DNA from: Balanoglossus misakiensis
Taxonomy: Eukaryota; Animalia; Hemichordata
NCBI GenBank assembly: GCA_040954595.2
Contig: CM082595.2
Location: forward strand, 3,023,943 to 3,087,942
DNA: 64,000 bases
Direction of reading: 5' to 3'
Below are positions 36,501-48,660 of the stretch, one piece after another. Made by a program: the position numbers and the translations under genes. Position 1 is the first letter of the stretch; every line of letters begins with the position of its first letter. A model generated the notes under the pieces. The model saw only the letters and a list, made by a program, of their open reading frames with translations, was not told where the DNA came from and ran no database searches.

Positions 36501-36749
36501 CATAGCCTGTACATGTGTAACAACTAACTACCATTATCATTGTTGATAAAATGAATTCAAGTCCAGACTAGAATTCAAGTTTCACCAGTAGCATAGCTGG
36601 CTACATACGTATAGGCTGTGTTGACAGGTAAAGTCAGTGTTGTTTGTTTACCTGAATGGTTTACACCAGTTACTCACCTCTTTCACGATGGCATTCAATT
36701 CTGATTCAAAAGGCACCATTGAATCAGTGCTCTGTGCCTTGGAACTCAT
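24555..36749 (-). CDS. ARMC9: LisH domain-containing protein ARMC9 (~925 aa, ciliary)
   Basis: Phase-consistent exons: 36749-36678, 36045-35923, 34941-34765, 34604-34356, 34211-34196, 34049-33958, 33716-33642, 32933-32847, 32679-32642, 32443-32423, 31762-31654, 31460-31362, 31102-31012, 30879-30756, 30617-30478, 30228-30152, 30039-29965, 29754-29664, 29476-29421, 29225-29121, 28792-28757, 28317-28235, 28018-27976, 27828-27705, 27451-27408, 27272-27184, 26835-26672, 26182-26096, 24745-24555. Diagnostic peptides: [14 protein letters not shown] (LisH), [70 protein letters not shown]. Confidence 0.95.
25452..25536. mobile_element. piggyBac-like MITE, copy 2 (left end eroded)
   Basis: ttaa...ctctttagaggtccaactttcccttagaaaacaatgggtttggactgaaccatggtggtgaaaaggg|ttaa. 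Confidence 0.65.
26248..26406. mobile_element. 159-bp MITE with 18-bp perfect TIRs and a 9-bp TSD in an ARMC9 intron
   Basis: TIR tagactctctcacagccc / gggctgtgagagagtcta. The direct repeat atttcaaca lies at 26239-26247 and 26407-26415. Confidence 0.85.
28920..29115. repeat. Degenerate (CA)n microsatellite
   Basis: Interrupted acac/atac tracts within an ARMC9 intron. Confidence 0.8.
33076..33164. mobile_element. piggyBac-like MITE, copy 3 (opposite orientation)
   Basis: ttaa|ccctctcaccaccatggttcagttcaaacccattgttttctatggtaaggttgaaccactaaagag...gggggtgaaaggg, the reverse complement of copies 1 and 2. Confidence 0.7.
34212..34355 (-). other. U12-type (minor spliceosome) GT-AG intron of ARMC9
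   Basis: The 5' splice site is GTATCCTTT. The branch sequence GACCTTAAC lies about 20 nt upstream of the 3' CAG, with no long pyrimidine tract. Splicing here preserves the ARMC9 frame. Confidence 0.9.
35254..35845. promoter_or_regulatory. Cluster of five AP-1 consensus sites (TGAGTCA/TGACTCA), candidate enhancer
   Basis: Sites at 35254, 35412, 35443, 35481 and 35839. Confidence 0.4.
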
Positions 36750-37479
36750 ATTTTAACTCCTTTGTTTTGACAGTTATTATCAGCACATTATTACAGAATT
36801 ACTGAAATCGGAATAAAAAAAAACAGGAATAAGTTATATATCACAGATTCAACCCAGACATCCAAGAAATACATAAAAACAGCCCTGTCCCCATCCCCAA
36901 ATAGTACTGAGAAAAACCAAGATGTCAAACATTGGAAAAATCGGGGTGAGGCCACTGCGAAATGTAATGATAAATGTACTGAACATTATTGTAAAATGGT
37001 GTTGAATATGCGTGGTTTATTCACTATTACAACTGTAATTTAATTACAATTACAATACAATTTTAACAGGTCCAGCGGATCGATGATCCTGGGGTCACCT
37101 CTGGGAACAGAATTGTCATTTTTATCGATCTGTATGGTTTTACAGTATCAATACCTGAGACTTTGCAGTTACTTCAAGAAAGTCTGAGGTTTGTCTATCT
37201 TTTATTCAGGGGACGGATCATTAAACTAAATAACATTTCTGGGCAGAATGCCGGTTTTTCTCTCTCTGAGAGCTTAAATTGTATTTACAGTGTAGTGTTA
37301 TTATCACTCGGTACATTTCAGTTCCATTCCCATTAAATTTCAAGACGCGCATTCCCCGATCACGCTCATAATTTGCACAGATTTCCACAGACACAAAGTC
37401 CCACATTCGATCTTAAGTTCGATCATTCGACCAATTGGGGGAGAATCGCTAATTTAAGTACATATTTATGGAAAACACC

Positions 37480-37850
37480 TCACCTGGAATCCATACACAC
37501 CAACCAGCAAAACAATGTCGACTTTACAAGAGAAATATGCGGCGCCGGTGATGTGAACTTGGTGCTGATTGGCTGATAGTCACTGCGACTTCCTGGTATG
37601 TGATGAATACATCTGTTATGGTCGGGTCACTAAATATGGGATACAAAGTCGGAAAATGATTGGCCCAGCTACCTTATGCAACAGTAATATCAAATCCAGG
37701 ACAAAAGACATTTAATTTAGGCATAATCTTGACCCGACTTGGTAATTCAAAAGGATAAATCCGTCCAATCAGACTCTCTCTTATGACAAAAAATTCCTGT
37801 TGTTAGTGCGCATGAACATGTTGGATTTCAAATCTAAAATGGCGGCGACT
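37480..37850. promoter_or_regulatory. Bidirectional promoter shared by ARMC9 and PPIH
   Basis: Minus-strand donor CAG|GTGAG near 37483 (putative non-coding exon 1 of ARMC9). CCAAT boxes near 37568, 37659 and 37765, an ETS-like ACTTCCTG near 37588, and a YY1-type AAAATGGCGGC over the PPIH ATG. Confidence 0.6.
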
Positions 37851-39584
37851 GAACACACGAACCCGGATAATCCTGTTGTGTTTTTCGATATTACTGTTGG
37901 TGGCCAGGTATTTGCAATTATTGCCATTGTAAAAATGGAAGAATATCGAATGAATGTTGCTAGTTTCGTTTGTACTGGTGGCGATCAAGATGCTACCACG
38001 TACAGTACTACACGCATGCACCCCATGTGACAAAATCAATCAAGGTTCACATTATAGAACCGACCCCCGGGTGGGGGAGGGGGTGGGGTATCGTGGGGGT
38101 GGTTATGATGGGGGGGGGGAGGCTTACTGCTACATGCATGCATGCATACAGACAGACAGACAGACAGACATAGATAGATACAGAAACATATACAGACGAA
38201 AAAACACATACAGGCAGACACACATGCATACACACATACATACAGACAGACATACATGTATACTGTTATACACACTGTCACACGTGCATATACATACAAC
38301 AGTCATGTGCTTTGAAATTGGTGAATCACACGATAGCTGTATATACCTGAGTGCTGTTGTATAGCTTCCCTTGTGACATTATAACTTGCACAAATTATGT
38401 TACAAGATTGCTACAAATTGGGGTGTTGAATTGTAATAAATTTATTGTTGATTATTTCCAACAGGATATTGGTCGCATTAAGATTGAGTTGTTTGCAGAT
38501 GTAGTTCCAAAGACAGCTGAGAATTTCCGACAGTTCTGCACAGGAGAACACAAGTGAGTGGAACCCTAAAAGTCTTTCTTTATCAGACACACTTCCGATG
38601 AGTCAGAAGTTTATGTTGCCAACACTTTAAGTCATAATGTTGACTTCTCTTCAGCAAACATCAGAACTCACTCAATTTTCTTATACTTCAGGAAAGATGC
38701 GATACCATTTGGGTACAAATCTTCACCTTTTCATCGAGTTATAAAAGATTTCATGGTTCAAGGAGGAGACTTTGTGAATGTGAGTATGCAGTGAGATTTT
38801 TAGTTGTTTTGACTTTTAGCATAAATTTAATACTCAAGTATTTAATATTTCTGGGTTAGATACTGTACATCACATTATGAACTTTTGTCAATTACTGTAC
38901 AGTATAATCCTTCAGTGTGTAATTTTGAAATTCTGAGATAGGGGATACCAATGGAGCCCCCCGTCACTGACCCTTAGTACACCATATAAGGGTGATTGTA
39001 TTCCTTTAATACATCTTTCTTTGATTTTATTTAGGGTGATGGCACAGGACTGATGAGCATATACATGGGAGCTTTCCCAGATGAGAATTTCCAACTAAAA
39101 CATGATGGTCCAATGCTGCTTGCTATGGTGAGAAATTTTTCCCTGTATCAACTCATTTAAATTAGTGCAATTATTGCTATACATCAAGAGTTTAGAGATA
39201 GTGATTTCATAAAGATTGATTTTCATACAAATTCATATATACAGGCAAACAGTGGTCCCAACACGAATGGCTGCCAATTCTTTATCACGTGTGCAAAATG
39301 CGACTTCTTAGACGGTAAACATGTGGTGTTTGGAAAAGTGATTGATGGCGTTCTGGTTGTCAGGAAGATAGAGGTAAGAGAACATCATAATTAAATTTTT
39401 ATAAAAAATCATTCAGCCGTTTCATCTTGTAGTCAGTTTCACTGAGCCAAAGGCCTAAAGGAAACAGACTGTTTCGTTATTTTCAATGTGTGTACTGCTT
39501 TTTTCTGTTCTGTAGAATGTTCCGACAGGACCAAACAACAAACCCAAAATACCAGTGGTGATATCCCAGTGCGGCGAAATGTAA
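37839..39584 (+). CDS. PPIH: Peptidyl-prolyl cis-trans isomerase H (cyclophilin H, U4/U6 snRNP), 178 aa
   Basis: Exons 37839-37907, 38465-38553, 38692-38779, 39035-39127, 39245-39373, 39516-39584 (537 nt). Peptides: [80 protein letters not shown] and [22 protein letters not shown]. Confidence 0.97.
38130..38300. repeat. Mixed (CAGA/CATA/CA)n microsatellite in PPIH intron 1
   Basis: cagacagacagacagacagacatagatagatac... tracts. Confidence 0.75.
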
Positions 39585-40713
39585 AACATTGTCTGGTTTT
39601 GGAGATAAACAGAAGAAAATGCAGAATGGAGTGTATGACGGCCGAAGACATCCAAAAAAAATAATAAAATGGAATGTAGAATTAAACAACGTATTTGCTG
39701 GAGATCTGCAGATTGAACTGATAAGCGAGTTTGAAGATGGCCATCTTTGCAGATCTGTCCACCAGCATGGATCACTCCACAAAGCAATTCCATATCCAGA
39801 ACTTATCCAGTACTGACCAGAGAGTGGACAGCCATGGTATTGGAAATATCTATTTTTCATAAAGTCAGGAAGATAAAGTATATTGTTCCTGCGATGGCAA
39901 AGCAAGAGGCAGATAAAGATTTTGTTTCTTTTCTTTTACAAACCAAGTTCCACGATTATAGTTTCATAGTGCTGAATGCCTGTATATTGCGACAGGAGGA
40001 AAAACAATAAAACATGATACACATACATGTACAGTGTACTTGTATTTTAGTACGGAGTGGTGGATGGAAACTGTCAAGTTCACTTATATGCAAATTTATT
40101 TAGGCGTACAGTACTGTACCCTGGACTTCATATGCTCAGGAATTTTTTCATTCAGATTTACCTTATAATTATGTGCATATCTTATAATAGTGTCAACTGT
40201 CAATGTGAGTTTGTGTTGGGAATTTGTATCAGGGCTGGTTCCAAGTTTGGGGGAAGGGGGTACACTGGTATTACAATCCAACAAAAGACACCACCACACA
40301 CAGATATTGCTGTTCAAACTTTTATTCATGCTGATCTTGCACATGTTGCTTTGACTTTGTCATTACACACAACTTCCGTATACAGGATGTAACATTTGCT
40401 CTCAGTTCATTAGTATTTTAAAGATAACAAAGTAGGAAAAAAACAACACTTCTAATTCGGTTAAACAGTAATGGCATGTCTGTTTTTTAAAAAATTCTGT
40501 TCTTTTTACGCAGCAACTAAGTCTAGGTTCTAATCCAACTTCTTCTTATCCCCCCTGGAGAAATTTGTCCAGGTTGATATTTTTATTAAACCAAGCTTGG
40601 ATGAAAAATTTTCTGTAGCCAAAACATACAGACACGCCATTACTTTCCCCACTGAAATTTCAGCAACATGTGCCAGCGCTGTTGTCAACTGTACTACACG
40701 ATGTCGACCCTCT

Positions 40714-42880
40714 CTAATCTTTAGATTCTTCATCTTTGACCGACTCAACTGGTGGTGGTGATCTGGGTGGTGGACTGCTCTCGTTCTCCTCTGCAGGTGA
40801 ATCACTCTTGGTCTGCTGGTCAGATTGTCTGTCCCTCCCTTCTTTGTTGTTGTACCCTCCACGTCCGTATCTACGTCTGAAAATGAGAGTCAGAAGAAGA
40901 GTTTATGAAATTAATGTTCATCACTCTAATGCAAGACAATGTTACTCTGTTTGGCCCAAACCATGGTGGTGAAAGCAAAATAGCAAAATTACATACCTTC
41001 TGTATCTGCCATAGAAGGGACGGTATTGGCGACGGTAAGAACGCTGATTGCGGTTGTCACTGCCTTCGTTCTCTTTTCCCTCACCCTATAAGGAGTAAAT
41101 GGAGAGAAAGTATAAAGATGAGTGGGTGTATATATTTATTCATAGGCTTGAGAGTTTTCACCATTTTGGCATCACTGACAATTTTCAGTGATACCTCAAT
41201 TACAGTCAAATGTGATCTATAGCAGCTTGGCAAAGAATTTGAAACTTCAAAACCAACCTCTCCACTATCTTCATCATCTCTCGGTTCCCTTGTTGCATTC
41301 CTTGGTGGGCCTCTGCGTTGATACCTGGGGTTGTAGCGACGATAGAAATATGGGCGGCGGCGCCGGGGCTTTCCATCTTGCATCTGGCCCTCACCGTCAG
41401 AGTTGTTGCCTTCACCACCACTCTGCTCCCCGCCACTGCTACGATCACCGTCTCGTTTGGTGGAGCCACCCTGTCTACGTCTCGGGTAGTAGCGACGCCT
41501 GAAGCGACGACGGTCTGCAGCATATTTGCTACCCTGGACTGGTGCTCCTTCAGGCCCAGTTACATTGGCAGCCTCATTGCCCTTCTGGCCTTCAACTACG
41601 TCAAATTCGACTACTTCTCCATCGCCAACACTACGAAGGTATTTCTTTGGATTGTTCTTCTTGATTGCAGTCTGTGGACATGATATTCAAAAAGCCATTA
41701 TTCTTCTAAACAATTCACACAAGGAAATTTACAATTCACTTTCTTTTAAATGCAGATTAGTAAGACTTGGCTTTCAGTAGCCAGTCTGAAAGCCAACAAG
41801 TTATCTGAACATGAAAGTAAACAACAAATTTCTTATTTCACTTCATGAAAATTGACACATGGCATCCAAAATTACTAATTGACCGGTCAGCGGAAATGTG
41901 CCCGTGATTAATGAGTAATATTCCTGTTTTGGAGAACTAGATTTATTGGCCAAAAAAACTTGCCAAAGGCCGTTGAGTCACTCATTTCAAATACATGTGT
42001 TTAGCATAAATTAACAGTGAATAATAAAAGCTGAACTCACCTGGTGGACAAAGACATCTTCGTTGGTATCGTTTCTGGAGGGAGAGAGTGAAAAAAAAAA
42101 TGATTACACGAATTGCATCTGAAAGACCAATCCGACACATGTAAAGAATGTCTTCGGTGTAAAATACAGATACAAATGTATAGACAAAGGGAAAACGGGC
42201 ACGGGAAAGCGTGTTTCAAACCAGCTACACTAAAAAGGTCAGAGTCAAGGACTTACACACTTACACACGTACACAAGACGCGCGCGCGCTTGCAAAATGA
42301 AATGTACATTTTGAAATTCGCGTTCGGCTTCAATGAAATCGACTACAGTATAGAGCGTCATTTCATTTCTGCATAATGCACAGTCCCATGGCCAGCAGGG
42401 AAACTGTGCTTTCTGTATATGATTGAAGATTTCACACTGCTTCTTTCATGAGAAACGAACACGCGATCTTACCTATTGATGAAACCATATCCATTCTTCA
42501 CATTGAACCATTTGACTGTTCCACTAACCTTCTCGGCTAGCAAAAGAAATCGGAAAGAAATGATATATTATACACCCAATGAAAAAGACAGTTTGCGAGA
42601 TAAATAACAACAGTAATCTTTGAATTCTCTTAGTGTTATTCATACAACTCCGCGGCAGAAGCTATTCGGTTACATTTGAATACTATTACAACCCTAAAAT
42701 GCCAAGCATGGCATGCAGCCATGCCGGCGTCGCGTGCTCAACAAAATTTCCAGTGAACTTTTAAAACAATTTCTCCGTGTTTTTTCGACAGATCGGTAAA
42801 ACTTTTTTAAGCAGCTTACCGAGGATTTTCTTTTCCGAGGCTACCTCCTTCTCGGGCTGTTGTTCCGAGCCTTCGGACAT
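40714..42880 (-). CDS. YBX1: Y-box binding protein (cold-shock domain; YBX1/2/3 co-ortholog), 274 aa
   Basis: Exons 42880-42820, 42536-42473, 42074-42041, 41671-41258, 41085-40997, 40876-40714 (825 nt). The cold-shock domain reads [71 protein letters not shown], followed by alternating Arg/aromatic and acidic islands. Confidence 0.96.
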
Positions 42881-43830
42881 GATGTTTTCCGCTGTTTCTG
42901 GTGGTGTCACGCTCTCGATGTTACCACAGCTTTGTTCTCTCTGCTGTAAAGATGGCCGCGTGCCGCGCACCGCATTATGGGACAACGCCACGCCGTTCGA
43001 GGTCATCACGATTTTTAAGTGGGGGAAAGAGGTAAATTCCATGAAAAACAGTATCGTAACTAAGGATACCAAACATTTAATATTTTTTTACAAGTGTATG
43101 AATATTATATTTGTTCCGTATGTCCAATATTACACTATGTTGCAGTCAGTTTATATTCTGTACATACCATTTTAGTAGAGCACACCCCCTTCGTAAAATG
43201 GTCTGACCATTAAGGCAACTTCCACCAATAAAAGAAAAAATCTTATGCCCAACCCAAACTGATGAAATGCTATATCCTTGAATCGAAGGTATGACTCACA
43301 TTTTGCTTGGAAGTTCAGGTCAAAAGGGCAAGAATGCTGAGCTCTCGGGAAACAGTAGTCGCAAGCGTTTACTGGATCGAGGAATAAAAGCTTGCACTGT
43401 TAACATAGCTTGAGCATATATTTGGGTAACTTATTTGTGAAATAAGTCTTTTGGGAACTGAAAAGTTTTCGCAAGCTTTTTACAACTTCACAAGCCCCAG
43501 ATACTCACACGTAAATATATGACAATGTGTAGATATACATGTATATGTTTATGTATAATTATGTATTTAGGCCAGTGTGGTGAGATGGATTTAGCTCAAG
43601 GCAAATTAATGTTTACTTTTATTCACTGACACATCGGCACTACGGTTGCTTATTTTAATAGTTAGTCACAGACCATCGTCCTATACCCTAGGCTTATAAG
43701 CCTTTTGATTTAATCAACAGCGAGTTTATTTACCAGGAGCTATAATAATGTAATAGGCGATCTAGTAATACATGTACACGTTACTACGGTAACGGAAGCG
43801 CTAGAATTGACGTAGTAGTCAATACCGTTA

Positions 43831-44090
<260 letters not shown>

Positions 44091-45460
44091 TTTTATGAAA
44101 CTTTCTAAATGAGCCGAAACTCGGAAAAATGAGCGGATGTTAGACAGCTTTTATATATTATCCGAGTCATTGGTCGCATTTTCAAACCACGCAGTTGGAA
44201 TCAGCTTAACGCGGACAGATAGGTCATAATAATTTTAAACTTTTTCATCTCCATACCAAAACACTCTTGTGAAGTTGTGGTAGACCTTACACTCGGTCAC
44301 AAAGGCCGAAAGTCCCTCTGTCTGAAAGTGTGGCCAAAACCTGGGCCAAAACTGTACATGTACTCGGTGTAACAAACGCCCTCTATCGTCAGTATATGCA
44401 TTAAAACAGGCCCATACACTCCACGTCTATGGTCAAATCAAATGCCATAGAATATCCGTTATGTTTGGAAAATGTCTTTAATAAAGCCCATGCGTAACTA
44501 ATGGAACTTTCTCCTTGACGGTTTTATTAAATTTCCCGGCCGTCGTGTACAAGATGGCTATCAGACCTGTTGCACATTTTAGTATAATGTTGAGCCGCAC
44601 TCGCATGTCTGGTGAAAATGACATGACAGGACAATTACTAAGATTATCATCTGACAATAGATCCTTTACGTTCAAGCGTTTACCATTAGTGAGTGAAAAA
44701 ATATCCGCGTGAGAATTTGTACAGGGCTTTGAAACAAACAAAGATACAAACGGAAAGTGACATATTAACCAGCGCAAAAGATAGGGTATATACAGTATCA
44801 TTTTGACCTGAGTGAGATTGAAAAGATTACCATTGCAGTAAAGGTTACAAAATCCAGTAACCCCGGTTGTCGATTTACTACGGATGTATTTTATTTCACT
44901 GTCCACTAAAATGATAAAAATGATGTATATTTTTCGTAATGTTCATGACAATAAAAATAGGCCCAAAGTTTTTTCTTGAAATCAAATTATATGATTCCCT
45001 TTTAACGGCATAGATGTACATGTATATGTAACATTTTGTTATATATTTTCAAGTCTATCTGCAGTCACAATATTTTTCAGATTACCCGACATAGTTTTTC
45101 AAGGCTCCTCCCCTCAAATCTCCAGTCAAGTCACTTTCCCTCCCTCCAGATACAAAGTCGTGCTATCTGTTGGGGTTTTTTTTTCACTGCCCTCGCCTGA
45201 CTCGACTTTTGACTTGGGATATAAGTCACCTCTCTCCAAAAAAGTGCTTAAGTGACAAATGAGGTTTTTGCGACCAAAAGTAAAGCTTGTGCGGGAGGCA
45301 CGCCATAGAAAAATACAATGCAATCAAGTTTAAGTGGTACACAATAGCCCACGTGTAATGAAACCGTTTCACACCTTTTGAAATTAGCTTTGTCTCGTAC
45401 ATTGAGTGTGAAAAGACTTATCGCCGAACGGTTTATACTAACTTTCTATCTCTTTTCTTT

Positions 45461-46225
45461 GATGGGAAACACTGTAAAGTCATGTTGCAATAGGGTTTAT
45501 ATATATTACAATCCAACTCCGCACCCCTCTAACAACCATTGCTCGAAATACAGCGGCACGCATGCTCAATCAGCCATTTCTGTTTCCCTGCAGTGAGAAG
45601 TCACATGTAAGTTGGTCTGTCCTTAATTTCACACGCAGATATTGTTAAGTGGTGACCGTTATATTCAATTTATGTGGAATATTCTAAACGTGACTTCTTG
45701 TGAATTCACTAGGCTGTGTATGATTAAGTCCGTTATTTATCTATGTTCAAATTTACGACAACCCGGCGGTAAATAAACAGTAAACCTTTAGATTCCGAGT
45801 TAGTTTTAAGCCCATGAACAGATGAAAACATTGTGAAGTCATGTTGCAATAGGGTTTGTGTATTTCAATCCAAATGCGCACCCCTCTAACAACCATTGCT
45901 CAAAGTAACGTGGTACGCATGCTCAATCGGCCATTTCTTTTTTCCCTGCTCTGAGAAGTCACATGTAAGTTGTCTGTCCTTAATTTTACAAGCAGATATT
46001 GTCAAGTAGCGACCGTTATATTCAATTTATGTAGAATTTTCGAAACTTGAGCGACACTCCACCATGGAAAGCTTGTGCTAGGTCAATTTGATGCCTTTTA
46101 TTTGAAGGAAAGTTGGTTTTCTTGTGAATTCGGGAGGCCGTGCGTGATGATGTCCGCCATGTTTCTGTGTTCAACTGTACGACAACACGGCGGTACATGA
46201 ACAGTTAACCCGTCCAGATTCCGAA
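45461..46225 (+). promoter_or_regulatory. Tandem ~360-bp duplication carrying the putative eIF5A core promoter and non-coding first exon
   Basis: Copy 1 spans 45461-45820. Copy 2 spans 45821 to about 46225 and has a ~70-bp insertion. Each copy has cgcatgctcaat-GCCATTTC-pyrimidine tract-tgagaagtcacat|GTAAGT, with donors at 45607 and 45965. The matching acceptor tttttcag| is at 47118, just before the ATG. Confidence 0.75.
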
Positions 46226-47137
46226 TGTGTGCAGCTTTTAAAACCTAACTTGTGCAACCTTTGAAAGAAAGGGTGGGGATTAATTATGTGGTTACGTCTT
46301 TTATTGGATTTTGAGATTTCAAACCCATATTTTTTAGCTTTCTTTTCGTCGATCTATGACAAATCCGTAACCGGCTTGGAGATAAATGTACATGTATGTC
46401 AATATTCAGGAAACTGTGGGTCGGTTTCTCTCTGTCGATCTGCCGTGTTGATGTCGTTATAAATCCGTCAGGCAAACGATAGAAAGTTTCAAAATGTTAA
46501 TCTGTGGTCACAAATCTGAATCGTGTGCTTGGCATTGTGAATCCTGGTGCTGAAAGCCCGGCAATGTCTCTTACGGCGGCTTCCTCCACAAACATGGCTG
46601 CCATGCAATGAACCATTGCCACCGCCTAACTGATGTGAACCCGTGATACTGATGACCGAGTTTGTAAAATGTCTTCAGGCGAAAAGCTTCGTGAACAGCT
46701 TGGATACTAAGCCAGATGTACCACTTTTTCTTGAAAGTTAAAGTTTTTGCCTGCTTGTGAAGTATTTATCTTTTTGAGACTTAGTGTTAAGAGAAACTCT
46801 GCCAGTGTCATGACATTACTAGACTGACTCAGCAATATGCCTTCTGTCAAAATTAGCCTTTTTGCAGCACACTTTGTGAAAAAAGTTTATCACTACAATG
46901 GTGTCATTTCATTATTTGGAATGCATGTCATGTTCAAGACTTCAAGTTGGATGGCAGCCCACGGTCATTTCTGGAACATGCAAACTCCTACCTTGTTAAT
47001 TTCTTTGCTTTGGTGTTGACCTAGTTTTTTTTAACCCTCAAAACAAACCTACATCTCACATGTACCGCAGTAATGACCTACAGCGCAATCTGAAATGTAT
47101 TTTTGCTTTCTTTTTCAGTTAGTAAAAAAAAGTTGAG

Positions 47138-48660
47138 ATGGCAGATGAAGATTTTGAAAGTGGTGATTCTGGTGCCTCCACAACTTACCCAGCCCAGTGC
47201 TCTTCTCTGCGCAAAAATGGTTTCGTCATGATCAAAAGTCGCCCTTGTAAAATTGTAGAAATGTCCACCTCCAAAACTGGAAAGCACGGTCACGCTAAGG
47301 TATATGATTATATTGTCTAGTCTTCTGTTGGTTACATACCAGCTGTGATTCTAAATATGCTCAAGTTTTTATGTTCTCATCAGTTTGTCGGCCATTGTAC
47401 TTGTCATCTTCAGCATGTTGGATATGTCTGAACTATTTTAAACATTTTGACTTTGGGATGGTTGCCATACACCCAGATCCAGCTGCACATGGACATCAGT
47501 CTACTCAGAAACTTTCTGGAAGAAAATTACTACAACTGCAACGATCATAGGCATAATTCTAAGGGGTCGCAGATTTCAGTCGCAGATATCATTTGAGACA
47601 TAGCGACTAGCAAGTGTTATCAAAGTGATCCTAACTTTGTTGATGCTTCTTTTTTTCAGGTCCACTTAGTTGGAATAGATATTTTTACAGGAAAGAAGTT
47701 TGAAGACATATGTCCTTCTACTCACAATATGAATGTACCCCATGTAAAACGTCTTGATTACCAGGTACTTACACCTTACTTTCTACTAGTTTACTTAAAG
47801 CCCCAATAGCTGCCATTTTTTGCCAAGTTGAGATAGTGTCATTTGTCCACTTGGCAGTGAGGAGATTGAAGTATTTTAAAGATAAAAATAAAGTAACAGT
47901 GGCAGCTGTTGGGACTCAAATACTCAAATTTGCAGTTCATGACCATATGATCAATTAGAATTTGGACAATACATGGGGGGAAAATACAGCTGGTTAACCC
48001 TTTCACCTCTATGGTTCCTTAATAATTTTGCTGATGTTCCTCAATCTTAGTAAAAACAACTGCATGTAGTATCGTGGTCTGATGCCAACTTTTTTCCTCT
48101 TCCAGTTATTAGATATATCAGATGATGGATATTTAACATTAATGGATGATGTTGGAGAAACTCGTGATGACATCAAACTTCCAAATAATGACATTGGCAA
48201 GGACATTTCGGAACGCCATAAGAATGACGACCAAATTACGGTAAGCGGATGTCTTTCATTCATTGTCCTGGGCTGTTGCTTTCACTTTCAGTTGTTATTT
48301 TTAGGTCACATTTGGTATATGTATATATACCATGGGACCTTATTGAGTCAGCGGCATGTATATCTCTGTGTGTATCAGTGTGCCCTCTAAGGCAATGTGG
48401 CACGTAACTGACTTTAAACTCAGTGGTGACTCAAGAAAATTATCCACACTACATGCAAAGGTATAGGGCTGACTCAGAGAAGTTTCTTGAAACCCTCAAA
48501 TTTACTTACAATGGACTTTTAAAGTATAGACTGGGTGTTAATGGTTTATGTTTTAAAAGCAGCAGCATACTAAAACTTTACCCTTGTTTTATTTCAGATC
48601 ACAGTAATTTCAGCTAACAATGAAGAAGCAGCAATTGCAATCAAGACCATGAACAAGTAA
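47138..48660 (+). CDS. EIF5A: Eukaryotic translation initiation/elongation factor 5A, 154 aa
   Basis: Exons 47138-47299, 47660-47764, 48106-48240, 48598-48660 (465 nt). Contains the hypusination motif [12 protein letters not shown] and [24 protein letters not shown]. Confidence 0.98.
47795..47916. mobile_element. Short TIR element in an eIF5A intron (Kolobok-like ends)
   Basis: TTAA followed by agccccaatagctgcca ... tggcagctgttgggact (15/17 inverted match). The right TSD is degraded. Confidence 0.55.

Noticed and set aside
37800-37838. In-frame upstream ATGs extending PPIH (37812, 37818)
   Set aside because: The ATG at 37839 has the typical AAAATGGCG context and gives the expected ~177-178 aa length. 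The upstream ATGs probably lie at or before the TSS.
42330-42410. Two small hairpins in a YBX intron as a possible H/ACA snoRNA
   Set aside because: No properly placed ANANNA H box or terminal ACA. I also found no convincing C/D box pairs in the eIF5A or PPIH introns.
42881-43072. Open frame upstream of the YBX ATG suggesting an N-terminal extension
   Set aside because: The upstream starts lie beyond the likely TSS motif (GCCATCTTT, about 42955), and the extension is not Y-box-like.
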